Assembly: GCA_030390025.1 (NCBI GenBank)
Contig: CM059425.1
Location: forward strand, 161,760,001 to 161,824,000
Length of the DNA: 64,000 bases
Direction of reading: 5' to 3'
Origin: Squalus acanthias
Taxonomy: Eukaryota
Shown here piece after piece: positions 61,221 to 64,000 of this stretch (position 1 is its first letter; every line of letters starts with the position of its first letter). The translations under genes and the position numbers were made by a program. Below the pieces are notes generated by a model. That model did no database searches and was not told the origin of the DNA. It saw nothing but the letters and a program-made list of their open reading frames with translations.

Positions 61221-63337
61221 AAAGTATTTGTTTAATGTCTCTGCCATTTCCTTATTGCCTATTATAATTTCTCCTGTCTCTGCCTCTAATGGGCCCACGT
61301 TTACTTTCACTAATCTCTTCCTATTTACATACCTATAGAAACGTTTACAATCTGTTTTTATGTCTCTTGCTAATTTACTCACATATTCTTTTATCTCTTT
61401 CCTTATCAATGTCTTGGTCCTCCTTTGCTGAATTCTAAAATCCTTCCAATCCTCAGGCTAACTATCTTTCTGGCAACATTATAAACCTCTTCCTTTGATC
61501 TAATACTATCTTTAACTTCTCTTGTCAGCCACGGTTGGACCACTTTTCCTGTGGGGTTTTTGTGCCTTAAAGGAATGTATATTTGTTGTAAATTATGTAT
61601 TAATTCTTTAAATGCTAGTCATTGCTTGTCTACCATCATACCTTTTAAAGTAGTTTCCCAATCTACCTGAGCCAACTCGCCCCTCATACTTATGTAGTTT
61701 GCTTTGTTTAAATTTAAGACCCTAGTTTCGGACTTAACTAAATCACTTTCAAACTCAATATAAAATTCTATCATATTATGGTCACTCTTCCCTAAAGGTC
61801 CCTTTACTACAAGGTTATTAATTAACCCTTTCTCATTGCACAATACTAGATCTAAATTAGCCTGTTCCCTAGTTGGTTCCTCAACATACTGATCTAGAAA
61901 ACTATCTGGTATACATTCCATGAATTCGTCCTCCACAGTATTACTGCAAAGTTGGTTTGCCTAGTCTATATGTAGATTAAAGTCCCCCATGATTACTGTA
62001 TTACTCTTGTTACATGCGCCTCTAATTTCCTGATTTATACTCTGCCCTACATTACAACTACTGTTTGGGGGCCTATAAACAACTCCTACCAATGTTTTCT
62101 GCCCCTTGCTGTTTCTTAGCTCCACCCAAACCGATTCTACTTTTTGATTTTCCAAGCTAAGATCCTTTTTCTCTACTGTCTTTATCCCATCCTTTATTAT
62201 CAGGGCTACCCCTCCTCCTTTTCCATTTTGCCTATCTCTTCTAAAAGTTAAGCATCCTGGAATATTTAGTTCCCAACCTTGGTCACTTTGCAACCACGTC
62301 TCTGTAATGGCTATTAGATCAAACCTATTAATTTCTATCTGCGCTATTAATTCATCTATTTTGTTGCGAATGCTTCACGCATTCAGATATAGTGCCTTTA
62401 GCTTTGACTTTTTCTATTTTTCCCTGATGTCACCTTAGTCACTGATGCCCTATTACCTTTGTTACTCTCTCTGTCCCTTCCTGACCCACTCTGCTTATTT
62501 TTACCCAAAACTTTGCTCTGCTCTAGAGCCTTGACATTTCCATTGCTGCTTTTAAATTTACTCTTTCCTGAATCCTCACCCCCCACCGCCCCTTCATTAG
62601 TTTAAAGCCTTTTCTACTGCCCTAGTTATTCGATTCGCCAGGACACTGGTTCCAGCCTGGTTTAAATGGAGCCCGTCCCAATGGAACAGCTCCCTCTTTC
62701 CCCAGTACTGGTGTCAGTGGCCCATGAAGTGAAACCCCTACCTCCCACACTACTCTTTCAGTCACGCATTTAAGTTTCTAATCTGCTTATCCCTATGCCA
62801 ATTGGCGCGTGGCTCAGGTAACAATCCAGAGATTATTACCTTTGAGGTTCTGCTTTTTAATTTGGACTGCAACTCCTCAAACTCTCTCAGCTGAACCTCA
62901 TTCCTAGTTCTACCTATGTCGTTGGTTCCTCCCCTTCCCACTCCAAGTTCTTCTCCAGCCGAGAGGAGATATCTTTAACCCTGGCACTGGGCAGGCAACA
63001 CAGCCTTCAGTACTCCCTGTCGCAGCTGCAGATAACAGTATCTATCCCTATAGCTTAAAAAAGGATCTTTGATAAGTTCCATGACCAAACATACAAAAGG
63101 TCTGCAGGAACTTTTGTATTACAACAATCAAACTGCTCCCATAATACTATCACAATTTAAAAGCTACTACTGAAGCAACAACATTTGTTTTACTCTGTTA
63201 TTAAATCTTTCACCTATAGTTGTTCAATGGCAAATATATCTATAAATGCAAATGAATATCAGTTTTCCTATTAATATATTTTTCAAAATGAGAATATATG
63301 ACATAGCCTGTTGAACAAACAGAAAATGCATAAATGT

Positions 63338-63817
63338 ACAAAAGCAAAATACTGTGGATGCTGGAAATCTGAAATAAAAACAGGAAAAGTTGGAAATACT
63401 CAGCAGGTCAGGCAGCAAATGTGGAGAGTTAACTTTTCAAGTCGATGACCTTTCATCAGAACTGGAAAATGTTAAAGATGTCACAGGTTTTAAGAAAGTA
63501 CAGAGGCAGGGAAAGGGGGATGGGAGGAAAGAACAAAAGGGAAGGTTTGTGATAGGATGGAAGGCAGGTGAGGTTAACTGACAAAAAGGATGATGGTGCA
63601 AGGCAAAAGGGGAATGGTAATGGGACATGTAAAGAAACAAAAGATGGGTCTAGAGGAGGTGTAAATGGGAATATCAGAATCATCAACAGCTGCCGTCCGA
63701 AAAAATGGGAGTGGAGATTATGATCTGAAATTATTGAACTCAATGTTGAGTCCAGAAGGATGTAAAGTGCCTTATCAAAAGATGAGGTGCTGTTCCTTGA
63801 GCTTGTGTTGAGCTTCA
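63338..63817 (-). mobile_element. Penelope-like 3' fragment with pLTR and mutated hammerhead (63427-63463)
   Basis: Homologous to 53311-53780; core AGUU-CUGAUGA-A-AGGUC-AUC-GACUU-GAAAA-GUU-AACU. Confidence 0.88.
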
Positions 63818-64000
63818 TGTAAATGTTTCATCTTATAACCTTTATTACATAACTTTCTCTAAATGAAGGAATGTGAAATATTCAGTAGTTGAACTGGAGT
63901 TATAATTCTCCTGAAATCTATCAACAATATTGGAATTCTTTAGTCATGATATTCATGTGTTAAGTTCTTTGTTTCTGAATAAAATGAAAGTTGCATAAAA

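Larger units (their letters stand above)
52037..63050 (-). mobile_element. Long CR1 LINE (~3.5 kb reassembled: 52037-53310, 54657-54980, 59121-59228, 61224-63050) split by three insertions
   Basis: 3' tail, RT (52109-53310), APE endonuclease (YRPPN, GDFN, LDLV, SDH; ~61600-62390) and ORF1 esterase-like C-terminus WDGLHLN (~62600-62730); sequence resumes across each TSD. Confidence 0.92.

Overview
Eukaryotic genomic DNA, not prokaryotic. It is most likely a cartilaginous fish (inferred from a Deu-domain SINE and the CR1/Penelope families). No host protein-coding gene can be supported; the window is intronic or intergenic and dense in transposons. Main contents: (1) a young 4.41-kb Mag-like Ty3/Gypsy LTR element at 21815-26224 with 194-bp LTRs differing at 1 nt, an ATGTG TSD, no tRNA primer site but an 11-nt self-complementary PBS, and a YLDN RT motif; (2) three ~4-kb two-gene PIF/Harbinger transposons (HARBI1-like transposase plus spliced Myb/SANT gene) and more than 10 non-autonomous derivatives, most with 3-bp TSDs; (3) Penelope-like (RT + GIY-YIG) retroelements whose 3' repeats carry a minimal hammerhead ribozyme, intact in one copy, mutated in one, partial in one and precisely deleted in another; (4) several CR1 LINEs, one split by three nested insertions; (5) a DeuSINE. 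All coordinates and comparisons were read by eye; family names come from motif recognition, not database searches.
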